This document shows positions 55,509 through 63,708 of a stretch of DNA of 64,000 nt, piece by piece; positions within the stretch are counted from its first letter, which is position 1; each line of letters opens with the position of its first letter. The notes below the pieces were generated by a model. It was not told where the DNA came from. It ran no database searches and saw only the letters and a program-made list of their open reading frames with translations. The stretch is from an uncultured Anaerolineales bacterium. Lineage in GTDB: Bacteria > Chloroflexota > Anaerolineae > CG2-30-64-16. A program made the translations under genes and the position numbers. The stretch spans positions 22,208-86,207 of the forward strand of contig CAZELR010000007.1 of NCBI GenBank assembly GCA_964513075.1, written 5' to 3'.

Positions 55509-56822
55509 TTAAGCTAAATCAAGATACTGCTGTAAATGTCGATAGGCCGGCGTTAGTTCCCCGCGGTGAACGATGACCGCACGCTTGATCGCGGGCGGCA
55601 GCGCCAGCTCCTCGAACGGCGCAGTAAAATCGGCTGCAGCAATGCTGGGAATAAATTCGGCCAGCACCGCGCTGAACGTCTCCGATGCGTCCCGCGGCAG
55701 CGCACTGGGCAGGATGTCCACGGCCATGACGGTTACGCCCTCCCCCGCATCGCCATCGGACACGCTGCCGGTCAGTGGGTCGTAGACGAAGGTGGGCGCA
55801 TCCAGCTCGGTGGCCTTGACGGTGCACTCGATCCCGCCTTCGATATCGCAACTGATGTCGCCGATGACCTGCAGCTTGCGTTGACCATTCTCGAAGTGCC
55901 GGCGCAGCCCGGCCACGCTCACCAGTCGCGGGTAGCGCGCGTCCCAGTAGGCGCCGTTGATCAGCACGGTCAGGTGGGGCAGATGGTTCTCAAAGATGGG
56001 AAGGAAGTTGTCTGGGCAGTCGTAGTAGCGCTGGCAGTCGAACGGCTCCAGGTCGTTTCTGGGCGTCACGATGTGCTGCTCGCGAAACGTGGTGGCATAG
56101 ATGACATGCCGTGAGGCGTCAGACCCGCCCGTGACGGCGGCCAATTCCTGCGGTTCGATGACCTGCACCGGCAGCAGGTTCAGGATTTCCCAGGCGCCTG
56201 TAGAGACGTTGCCATAGCCAACCACACCGATCGTCAACGGGGCAATTGCCAGGGGCAGCCCTTCGGCTCGGATCTTGACGCCGGCCTGTGCCACCGCGTC
56301 CTTGGCTTCCGCCAGGTCGTGATACTCATAGGCGTGGCGTATCTCAGCGAACGGGGTCGTGATTCCCTGGGCCGCCAGCCGCTGCCCCAGCGCCCGCAGC
56401 GTTTCGATGGCGCCGGCCAGCCCCGCGTGTCGGCCAAAGAAGATCAGTCGGCGGCCGTTTTCGTCGGTGACCCTCTCGTAGTCGATCAGCGTGCAGCCTA
56501 GCTCCAGCATCCGCCTGAGCATGGGCATGTTATAGGCCTGGCCCTTGATCACATGGGCAAAGAACATGTAGGCGCCGCCAGCGCGGAGCAATGCGGGTGG
56601 GACCTCCTTGACGGCGAAGACTACCGGGCAGTTGCTCAGATCTTCCTCCATCAGCGCGCCCGCCGCCGTAAATTCGTCTTCAGGGAAGGCGCGGATCGGC
56701 GAGGGTTGAACGTGGATGTGGATGCCTTGCTCGACCAGGGCGCGCGCGATGTGCGGGGTCACGGGCACGCGGCGTTCCCAGCGGCTTTTATCTTCTCGGC
56801 GAACTCCAATGCGTCGTTGCAT
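55509..56822 (-). CDS. Alanine-dehydrogenase/PNT-fold lysine-ketoglutarate-reductase-like enzyme (Lys1/LKR-like)
   Basis: 437 aa; N-terminus IGVRREDK...ERRVPVTP is the AlaDh_PNT_N / LKR hallmark; adjacent to the Lys9-like gene. Confidence 0.7.
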   Translation of the reverse strand: MQRRIGVRREDKSRWERRVPVTPHIARALVEQGIHIHVQPSPIRAFPEDEFTAAGALMEEDLSNCPVVFAVKEVPPALLRAGGAYMFFAHVIKGQAYNMPMLRRMLELGCTLIDYERVTDENGRRLIFFGRHAGLAGAIETLRALGQRLAAQGITTPFAEIRHAYEYHDLAEAKDAVAQAGVKIRAEGLPLAIAPLTIGVVGYGNVSTGAWEILNLLPVQVIEPQELAAVTGGSDASRHVIYATTFREQHIVTPRNDLEPFDCQRYYDCPDNFLPIFENHLPHLTVLINGAYWDARYPRLVSVAGLRRHFENGQRKLQVIGDISCDIEGGIECTVKATELDAPTFVYDPLTGSVSDGDAGEGVTVMAVDILPSALPRDASETFSAVLAEFIPSIAAADFTAPFEELALPPAIKRAVIVHRGELTPAYRHLQQYLDLA

Positions 56823-56848
56823 TACGATTCTCCTTTACCATCTTTACA

Positions 56849-57193
56849 TTACACATCCGCGCGGCGCAAGCTGTCCTCGGATGTATACCCGTTCGGATAA
56901 CGCACTCTTAATTTCTCGATGTTGGCTTGCATGATGGCCGACAAGTCCAAGCCCAGTGTGGTGCAGAGCGCAGCCACGTACCAGAGCGTATCGCCTAACT
57001 CTTTTTCCAGCTTTGGCAGGTCAATGCCGTGCCGGTGAAATACGCCCTTCTTGATGTGGTCGGCAACTTCACCGGCTTCTCCCGCCAGGCCGATGGCGTC
57101 CCAAACCGCCATGATTTCAGTGTCGGAGATGGCGAAATTCGGCCGATCGATCAATGTACGCGCGGCCAGTTTTTGATATTCATCTGCATCCAT
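56849..57193 (-). CDS. MazG-like nucleotide pyrophosphohydrolase (small all-alpha NTP-PPase)
   Basis: 114 aa; EAGEVAD...ELGDTLWY motif pair. Confidence 0.7.
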   Translation of the reverse strand: MDADEYQKLAARTLIDRPNFAISDTEIMAVWDAIGLAGEAGEVADHIKKGVFHRHGIDLPKLEKELGDTLWYVAALCTTLGLDLSAIMQANIEKLRVRYPNGYTSEDSLRRADV

Positions 57194-57265
57194 GGGCTCT
57201 CCGAAGGCGTACGCTGAGCAGTAAATGACTCCCTGCCCGTCGGCTTGGCTTCAACTGGTGGCGGG

Positions 57266-58081
57266 TCAAGCCTTGTCTTTGTCGCCTCGTTTGGCTTTGC
57301 CTGCCGGCTTGGCTGCTGCGATCGCTGCCAGGCCGCGTTCGGCCTCCTGCAGCAGGTCCGCCATGCAAGCCAGCCGGGCCTGCCGCTTGTCCTCGGCCTC
57401 GATGACGCGCCAGGGATAGGGTTCCCCCGTGCGTGCCAGGATTGTCTGCCGCACCTCTGCCACCGGCATCGGCGCAGCCGCATCCTTGCCCGCCGCGTGG
57501 ATTGCACCGGCCTTGCGGAGGTCCTCGAGGTGGGCGCGGAAGCGGGCATCCTGGGTCTCATCGCCTGCCGTAAACCAGTACTTGATCAGCGTGACCCCCG
57601 AAGCGGCCAGCCCACGTTCGAACTCGACGCACTTGTCAAGGAACGCTGCGAATTCCTCGGGCTTCATCATGCCGCGCGCGGTGTCCATCGCCGCCAGGTG
57701 ATACCAGCTCCCGTCCAGGATCAGCAGCTTGCGGCCTTGGGCTATCTGGTCGGCGAAGTGCCGGAAGTGCTGCTTCGCGCTGTCCCGCTTGCTGTCATGC
57801 TCCAGCGTGAGCACTTCGCAAGCCGACCGCTGCAGGCTCTCGTCGATGCGTTTCGCTGTGGCGCCCTTCCCGGCCGGCCCCAGCCCTTCCAGCAGCACTG
57901 CCACGTGCATGTGCTTATGAGTGGCCCACTCCTGCAGCTTGACCAGCCGCATTTGCAGGGTTGCCAGCTCCTCGCGGTAGCTCTCTTTATCCAGGGCGGC
58001 CGAGGGGTGCGCACCGGCTTCCGGCTGCCCCGGCGCGCCTTCGGCGGACGGCGCGGCAGTCGCTTTGTTCTTCTTGCTCAT
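57266..58081 (-). CDS. Polyphosphate kinase 2 (PPK2) family phosphotransferase
   Basis: 271 aa; Walker A-like EGLGPAGKG and PPK2 lid region; AAGGAG SD. Confidence 0.7.
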   Translation of the reverse strand: MSKKNKATAAPSAEGAPGQPEAGAHPSAALDKESYREELATLQMRLVKLQEWATHKHMHVAVLLEGLGPAGKGATAKRIDESLQRSACEVLTLEHDSKRDSAKQHFRHFADQIAQGRKLLILDGSWYHLAAMDTARGMMKPEEFAAFLDKCVEFERGLAASGVTLIKYWFTAGDETQDARFRAHLEDLRKAGAIHAAGKDAAAPMPVAEVRQTILARTGEPYPWRVIEAEDKRQARLACMADLLQEAERGLAAIAAAKPAGKAKRGDKDKA

Positions 58082-58146
58082 CGGGACTCCTTTTAATTCT
58101 CTTGCTTCCCCAGGCTTTTGTTTGCCCAGCTATTATATTATACCAG

Positions 58147-58632
58147 TCAATACTTCTCCCAATGAAGCACCTGCTCTAGTGGCTTTTTCGCCGGCGCCGG
58201 CTCTTCTGCCGGTGCGCCCACAGGGATCAGCGCCATCAGGCGCTTCTCTGGCGGCACGCCCAAGAGCATCTTGAACTGCTTCTCGCGCGGTAAGGCATCG
58301 CCTTCCACCCAGCACGCCCCATAGCCCAATGCAGTGCTTGCCAGCAGCATATTCTCGATTGCAGCCGCGCCGTCTTCCACCCACCAGCGGGATGCCGGAT
58401 CCATGACGACCGCGATCACTGCGCCGGCTTGCTCCATCCAGGGGCCGGCCACCTTGAACTGCTCGATCATCGTCCGGTCGGTCACCACGATGAAATCCCA
58501 GGGTTGCCGATTGCTCCCCGTCGCCGCCAATCGGCCGGCATCGACGATGGCCTCCAGATCCGCCACAGGAACGGCATCCCCCGTGTACCTGCGGATGCTT
58601 CTTCGCTTGCGAATTGCTTCCAGTGTGTCCAT
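58147..58632 (-). CDS. Nitroreductase-family (FMN) protein
   Basis: Start MDTLEAIRKRRSIRRY (58632); RRSxRxY FMN-binding motif. Confidence 0.8.
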   Translation of the reverse strand: MDTLEAIRKRRSIRRYTGDAVPVADLEAIVDAGRLAATGSNRQPWDFIVVTDRTMIEQFKVAGPWMEQAGAVIAVVMDPASRWWVEDGAAAIENMLLASTALGYGACWVEGDALPREKQFKMLLGVPPEKRLMALIPVGAPAEEPAPAKKPLEQVLHWEKY

Positions 58633-58655
58633 TTTACTCACTCCATATCCCATCA

Positions 58656-58925
58656 TCACGTTGCACGCGTTCGAATAGACTCTCGACTAGCGCGGCCTGC
58701 GTCGAGCCTCCTTGGCAATGTCATTCTAAAATAGGTCTGCAACACAAACGCCATGTTGATGTCGCTTGTGCGCAGCCGGGGATCATCGAGTGACCAGGGA
58801 TTCACGCGCCAAACATCGTCCCCGTCAAGCCAGGCGGAGTTGTCCAGGCGCTTGAAGAGTATCTCAGCGCAGGTGCTCTTGCCGGTCCAGGCTTCGCCTC
58901 CTATCAGGATCAGCTTGGGTTTCAT
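58656..58925 (-). pseudogene. Short P-loop NTPase/kinase-like ORF, possibly truncated or frameshifted
   Basis: MKPKLILIGGEAWTGKST Walker A, but only ~90 aa with an atypical C-terminus; normal family members are ~170-190 aa. Confidence 0.3.
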
Positions 58926-58990
58926 GCCGTTATCATCACATTTCAATCCCTGGCGACGCCAGCCGGCCGGCTTCACCCTTCGGGCTGAGC

Positions 58991-59287
58991 CTAATGCCGC
59001 CGTGACGACGCCCGGCCGCCTCCGCCCCAGATCGCCGTGATTCCCAACAGAAAGCCGGCGACATACCAATTCCCGTTGTTGTGCACCTCCCACACGTGCA
59101 CCTTGTCCGAGAAGAGCGAAATGACGAACGTCACCGGCGCAATGATCCCGTGCCAGAGGCCCTGCCAGAAGCCCGCGACCTTGCCCTCTTCGTTCGGCGT
59201 GTTGACCTGCGGGTTTGGACCGGCCACGCAGCCCGCTAACACGACGAGCGCCAGCACCAACAGCGTCACCCTGAGCATGGTCTTCAT
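58991..59287 (-). CDS. Small lipoprotein/membrane protein, hypothetical
   Basis: 98 aa; signal peptide plus lipobox LAGC, then a hydrophobic helix. Confidence 0.5.
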   Translation of the reverse strand: MKTMLRVTLLVLALVVLAGCVAGPNPQVNTPNEEGKVAGFWQGLWHGIIAPVTFVISLFSDKVHVWEVHNNGNWYVAGFLLGITAIWGGGGRASSRRH

Positions 59288-59799
59288 TGGATAATCTCCT
59301 GCGACCTAAGTATCCTGATCATCGTCCACGAGGCAGCGACTGCCGCGTGCCGGACGAAGCCGAAACGCTCGTACAACCGCAGCGCCGGGTTGTCGCCCTC
59401 GACGCTGAGACTCAAGCGGCCGATGCCAAGGTTGGTCGCCTGATCGATCAGCGCCGCCAGAAGCGCGGTCCCGACGCCGCGGCCGCGCCAGCGCGGGTCC
59501 ACCCCGATGCCCAGCTCCGGGCAGTCTGCGTCGACGTAGCCGTAGGAGTGCTGGGTGTCGCTCCAGTATCGGCGCCACGCCGCACCGACAGGGCCCTGGG
59601 CCGTCTCAGCCACGACGGCAGCGTCCCCGGCCCGGCCCCATCCTTCCAGCAGATACGCGTGCCTCGTCTTTTGGATCACGTCTTCGGGATCGGATGCCGG
59701 CTCTGGCGAGCGCCAATCGATTGCCCAGGCCAGCGCCGAGCGCAGTGCGCCAAGGTCGTCCGCGGTCCCAAGCCGAACGCGGAAGTCGGGAGCTGACAT
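59284..59799 (-). CDS. GNAT-family N-acetyltransferase
   Basis: 171 aa; motif A RGRGVGTALL...; 4-nt overlap with the downstream gene. Confidence 0.8.
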   Translation of the reverse strand: MSAPDFRVRLGTADDLGALRSALAWAIDWRSPEPASDPEDVIQKTRHAYLLEGWGRAGDAAVVAETAQGPVGAAWRRYWSDTQHSYGYVDADCPELGIGVDPRWRGRGVGTALLAALIDQATNLGIGRLSLSVEGDNPALRLYERFGFVRHAAVAASWTMIRILRSQEIIQ

Positions 59800-59820
59800 T
59801 TGGGTATCTTCCTCCCCTGT

Positions 59821-60426
59821 TCAAGACACCCATACCATCACAATTGCCAAGAATCCAAGGATGGCTGTTGCTGCTGGAAAGGTGGTAGACGTCAAGCGCT
59901 TAGCCAATGTGAGAGTGTCCGTGGGGTAGTGGTCGGTCCACCAATGTTCAGGGAGAATAGCAGTTTCTTCTGCCGAATCAAAGAAACCCTTATCGTAGTA
60001 GTGGAGCAATCGGTCGATTCTCTGAATTACGGCGCCATTCTCCCTTTGCCACCTGCGATTTCGATTTTGCCATCGTATCGAGAACCAGACCAAGACTAAT
60101 ACTGTCATTGACGCGATAGTCTTCCCCCATACGCCATACGCCAGCCAAACGGCGCCTTCAGAGGGTTTGACGATAAGGAGAGCCCCAATTAGCACTAATA
60201 GGATATTGCTTGACCAACTGAAAACGTTTTGCTCGCGCTCGTGCCGACTTCTTACTTCGGCACGCTGTATGAGTTCCATGTGCTTGAGTAGATCAATCTT
60301 GTCTCCTATGCTAAGGCTTTCGGATTCATTCATTCTGTTGCCCCCATTTCGCACATATTGTTCGGTGGACATGACTCTTGAGTGCTTGCCCATAATTCGA
60401 CAACCGTCCGGACGATTAGGGTTCAC
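59821..60426 (-). CDS. Hypothetical 3-TM membrane protein (low-GC islet, gene 2)
   Basis: ORF in a ~49% GC segment; start uncertain (MSTEQYV or MNESESL); TM helices at LLVLIGALLIV, MTVLVLVWF, AILGFLAIVMVWV. Confidence 0.45.
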   Translation of the reverse strand: MNPNRPDGCRIMGKHSRVMSTEQYVRNGGNRMNESESLSIGDKIDLLKHMELIQRAEVRSRHEREQNVFSWSSNILLVLIGALLIVKPSEGAVWLAYGVWGKTIASMTVLVLVWFSIRWQNRNRRWQRENGAVIQRIDRLLHYYDKGFFDSAEETAILPEHWWTDHYPTDTLTLAKRLTSTTFPAATAILGFLAIVMVWVS

Positions 60427-60569
60427 TTGCGGCTGCGTCAGCGAGCTTGCCGCGGCTCACAGTGCGATCGGGGCGACTGCCAGGAGGATGGCGAGGTTAG
60501 GCCCCCGCTCCTAACCACACCCAACTCATGCCGCCGCGATGTGCGGCATGATGGCTGAGCAGAAACGCA

Positions 60570-61016
60570 TCAAGTTAGGGCTTCGGCTAACTCGAAGACA
60601 GTGTCGTAGAATTTCAGCAGAGTTGTGAAAGAAGGCTTATCGTACAAGAGTAGCGTTCCGGGAAAGCCAGATACGCGACCGTGCTCAAGCTCTCGTTGCA
60701 TCTGTGCGATTCTTTGCTTTAGCATGGGGATTGACAGTTCAGCCATCTTGTCCAAAGACTCAGCCCACGTGGCAAGGGGAACCGCTCCCTGATTGAGTAC
60801 CAAGTCTCTCACATTTCGGTTGCCTTTGATCAAATCGCGAATGCCGTCGGTTATTTGACGCGTTATCTCGATTGCCTCCAATCGCAAGAGATGGTCACGC
60901 TCGGTGTCTGATTTACAGTCCGTCAACGCATCCATCAGCGCTTCACGGTAGGCGGCAACAGCCACATCTGTAGTCTGTCTCGCTTTGTAGAACTTCTCGT
61001 GGAATACTGGAGTCAT
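60570..61016 (-). CDS. Hypothetical all-helical cytoplasmic protein (low-GC islet, gene 1)
   Basis: 148-aa ORF in the low-GC segment, downstream of the consensus promoter at 61190-61218 via a ~167-nt leader containing a 5-codon uORF (MGIRT) whose TGA overlaps the ATG. Confidence 0.45.
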   Translation of the reverse strand: MTPVFHEKFYKARQTTDVAVAAYREALMDALTDCKSDTERDHLLRLEAIEITRQITDGIRDLIKGNRNVRDLVLNQGAVPLATWAESLDKMAELSIPMLKQRIAQMQRELEHGRVSGFPGTLLLYDKPSFTTLLKFYDTVFELAEALT

Positions 61017-61189
61017 GTCCTAATGCCCATGATTTTGTGCCCCTCCAAACGCGGTCTTGGCCTAACGAATTAAGGATTTCACGCGGCGCACCGTGGGTCC
61101 TGCGTCGTGCTGCCCAGGGGCGGACCGCCCATAACACATCACAGCCAGACATGCGGTCGAAAGCCGCAAGCTTGTTTGCCACGGTTGCC

Positions 61190-61218
61190 ATTGTAAGCCA
61201 GCGTCCCGAGGCTGTCAA
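61190..61218 (-). promoter_or_regulatory. Consensus promoter TTGACA-N17-TACAAT (- strand), near-identical copy of the flotillin promoter
   Basis: TTGACA is the reverse complement of 61213-61218, 17-nt spacer, TACAAT is the reverse complement of 61190-61195; ~30/33 nt identical to 63654-63686 (CTTGACAGCCTYGGGACG..GGCTTACAATG). Confidence 0.55.
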
Positions 61219-61329
61219 GAGATTTCCCGCGGCAAGCAAATTGACGCCTTTCCGAAGCACCAAGACTATCACAATAATCAAAACTATCCGGACGCAATAA
61301 CAGGCAGCATCATCAGGAAGCAAGATGGG

Positions 61330-61425
61330 GATGACGCTTAAGCATAAGTAACCTTATCTTGCCTATCTTGCCCATCTTGCTATGCAGGTCGTTAGGGGCA
61401 AGATAGGCAAGATGGGCAAGGTGAG
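61330..61425. repeat. Imperfect inverted repeat built from ATCTTGCC/GGCAAGAT heptamer-like units (3 direct units facing 4 inverted units)
   Basis: CTTATCTTGCCTATCTTGCCCATCTTGC ... GGCAAGATAGGCAAGATGGGCAAGGTGAGGATGAGCAAGATGGGCAAC; lies just 3' of the flotillin stop (61570) and 5' of the islet promoter. Confidence 0.6.
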
Positions 61426-61569
61426 GATGAGCAAGATGGGCAACCATCCTATGGCATGGAGTCGGAGGCTTGTATTGTCGTTTGGGTTGCGGTGCACCGA
61501 CAAGAGGCCCTGGAAATCAAAGATGAAATCCAAGGCCTCTCTGTTTCTGCTTTCGTTCCGGGAGTCGAG

Positions 61570-63573
61570 CTAAGCCGGCTTCCCCTCCGACGACGTTGGC
61601 CCGGCCCCCTGCCGGCTCTCCTTGAGGCCCTCGAGGATCTGAGCCCGCAACTGGTCCGCCTGCGGGTTCGGTTCTCGCTGCCCAGCGGCGCTCACTTCCA
61701 GGCCCAGCTTATCGGATAGCAGGAGCGTCAACAACCCTTCCATCACGCCGCTGCTGGTCGCAGTGCCCCCCGCGCCGCCGATCACCACGCGCGGCACCAC
61801 GTCCACTCTCGACTGTTGCACTGCTTCGGCAAAGCGGTTCATCACCTGCTGCGTGACCTGGAACTGCGGGCCGCCGTAGGCCGCCACCTGCTCCTCGATG
61901 GCGATGGCCTGGCCGATGCCGACGCGGGCGGTCTTTTCGGCCTCTGCCTCGGCCAGGGCGCGTATTTGGGCCGCCTGCTGCAGCGCCCGGGCATATTCGG
62001 CCTTGCCCTGGTTGCTCTGTACCGTGATGCTCAGCTCAGATTCGGTGATGTTGCGCTGCTGGTCTGCGCGCGCCTGTGCCTCGCGCAGATCTCGTTCCTT
62101 CGCTGCCGCTGATTGCTGCCGGGCATAGGTCTCGATCTGCTCGACAGCGATCTGCCGGGAGCGCAGTTGGTTCAGGATAAGCTCGAACTGTTTGTCCTCG
62201 GCCATCGCGACCGGCGTGCCGATCAACACCTCTTCCAGTTCCAGGTTATAGTGTGCGAACCTTTCCTTCATCTCCTGGCTCGAAATCTGCTGGATGTTGC
62301 CGCGCTCCTGGATGAGCTGGATCAGCGTGCGCGTCTGGCCGATGTTCTTGAAGTAGGCCGACACCATGGGGTCGAGGGTCTGCTCGACCAGCCGTTTCAC
62401 GTCGCCGAAGCGCTGGACCACCAGGGGCGCCTTGCGGTAGTCGATGTGCATGACCACCGACAGCGGCAGCGACGGCTCGAAGGCGTCCTTGGTGATCAAT
62501 GAGATCTCCGCCAGGTTTTCGTCGAAGTGGTGCGAGCCGACCTGGCCGCGGATCCACTTCAGGATGACGTTGGTGGTGGGCACCGGCACGACCTTGCCGG
62601 CGTAGGTGTTGAACGCGTACTTGCCCGGCATGAGCGGCGCATCCCACACGCCGCGATGGCCTCTCTCCACCAACTCGCCATGCCGATAGTCATCGCCCGA
62701 CAGGTCACGGCCGGCCTCGCCGGTGTAGAAGACCACCACGCCGACGGTCCCGATTTCGATGATGGTCTTGGGGATCATCTCCACCGTGGCAAACAGCCGG
62801 TTGAGATAGTAGGTGCCTTCGACCAGGACCTGCAACTGGCGCCCTCGCAGGCCGCCGGCCTTCAGGAACCGGTCGGGCGCCTGGAAGTTATTGTGATACG
62901 TCTCCACCTCGGTTGGGTCACCGCCCACGATGGGCGCGATGATCTCGCCCGGCGACAACGAGGGTCCGTCGTGAACCGTCACAATGCCGGTCTTGTCGTC
63001 CTGATCCTTGAGCACCACCGGCCGAAAGCCGTCACGCTCGCCGATCACCTTGGCCATATTCTGGATGACCCCTTCTTCGGCGCGGTTGAGCGGCAGGTAG
63101 TAGACTTTTTCCTCGGTGATCACGATGAACTGCGCCAGGTTGATGGCGTAGGTGCCCTCGCGCAGGATTTGACGCTGTGGTCCGCGCTGGCCGCCGTCTT
63201 GCAGGAACGCAGCGACATCCTGAAAGTCATTGGCGGTAACGTTCGAAGCCAGCACCTGCATCGGCTCCAGTGGATGTCCATCGCGCGCAAAGACGTAGCC
63301 GATCTTGCCCTGGGTGATGGTCACCAGGGGCGAGCGGTGGACGACATACTGGATCGGCATCAGGTAGTGCAGGCCCCCGCGCAGCAGCTTAGGCTGGAAG
63401 CCGGCCTCTCCCTTGAGCGCGATAAAGCCGGTTTTGATGGATTTGGCGCCGAAACGCTTTTCGACGATGCCAACGCGGTTGTTGGGGATGAAGCGAATGC
63501 CCGACAAGGCGAGCAACACCAGCGCAGCTAACACCGCCAACGCGAGGATGAGAAGAATTGTTCCGATATCCAT
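61570..63573 (-). CDS. Flotillin-family SPFH-domain protein (YqiK/FloT-like)
   Basis: Start at ATG 63573 (MDIGTILLILALAVLAA; AAGGAGG SD with a 7-nt spacer); SPFH core plus long EA-rich coiled-coil region; the ORF-track start at 63606 adds 11 aa. Confidence 0.85.
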   Translation of the reverse strand: MDIGTILLILALAVLAALVLLALSGIRFIPNNRVGIVEKRFGAKSIKTGFIALKGEAGFQPKLLRGGLHYLMPIQYVVHRSPLVTITQGKIGYVFARDGHPLEPMQVLASNVTANDFQDVAAFLQDGGQRGPQRQILREGTYAINLAQFIVITEEKVYYLPLNRAEEGVIQNMAKVIGERDGFRPVVLKDQDDKTGIVTVHDGPSLSPGEIIAPIVGGDPTEVETYHNNFQAPDRFLKAGGLRGRQLQVLVEGTYYLNRLFATVEMIPKTIIEIGTVGVVVFYTGEAGRDLSGDDYRHGELVERGHRGVWDAPLMPGKYAFNTYAGKVVPVPTTNVILKWIRGQVGSHHFDENLAEISLITKDAFEPSLPLSVVMHIDYRKAPLVVQRFGDVKRLVEQTLDPMVSAYFKNIGQTRTLIQLIQERGNIQQISSQEMKERFAHYNLELEEVLIGTPVAMAEDKQFELILNQLRSRQIAVEQIETYARQQSAAAKERDLREAQARADQQRNITESELSITVQSNQGKAEYARALQQAAQIRALAEAEAEKTARVGIGQAIAIEEQVAAYGGPQFQVTQQVMNRFAEAVQQSRVDVVPRVVIGGAGGTATSSGVMEGLLTLLLSDKLGLEVSAAGQREPNPQADQLRAQILEGLKESRQGAGPTSSEGKPA

Positions 63574-63653
63574 GATCCTACCTCCTTGGGACACATGATC
63601 CGTCATAGTTGGATATGTGATTGAAAGTTGCGATCTTTTTTGCCACCACTGAC

Positions 63654-63682
63654 ATTGTAAGCCGCCGTCCCAAGGCTGTCAA
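63654..63682 (-). promoter_or_regulatory. Consensus promoter TTGACA-N17-TACAAT for the flotillin gene
   Basis: TTGACA is the reverse complement of 63677-63682, 17-nt spacer, TACAAT is the reverse complement of 63654-63659; ~70-nt leader to the SD. Confidence 0.55.
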
Positions 63683-63708
63683 GCGGTTTTGCTGACACCC
63701 GGCCCCCG

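Noticed and set aside
58926-59093. 5' extension of the P-loop ORF (ORF-track start at 59093)
   Set aside because: The extension overlaps the small lipoprotein gene and is Arg/Gly-rich; the Walker-A-containing start MKPKLILIGG at 58925 is the plausible one, and even then the gene looks truncated.
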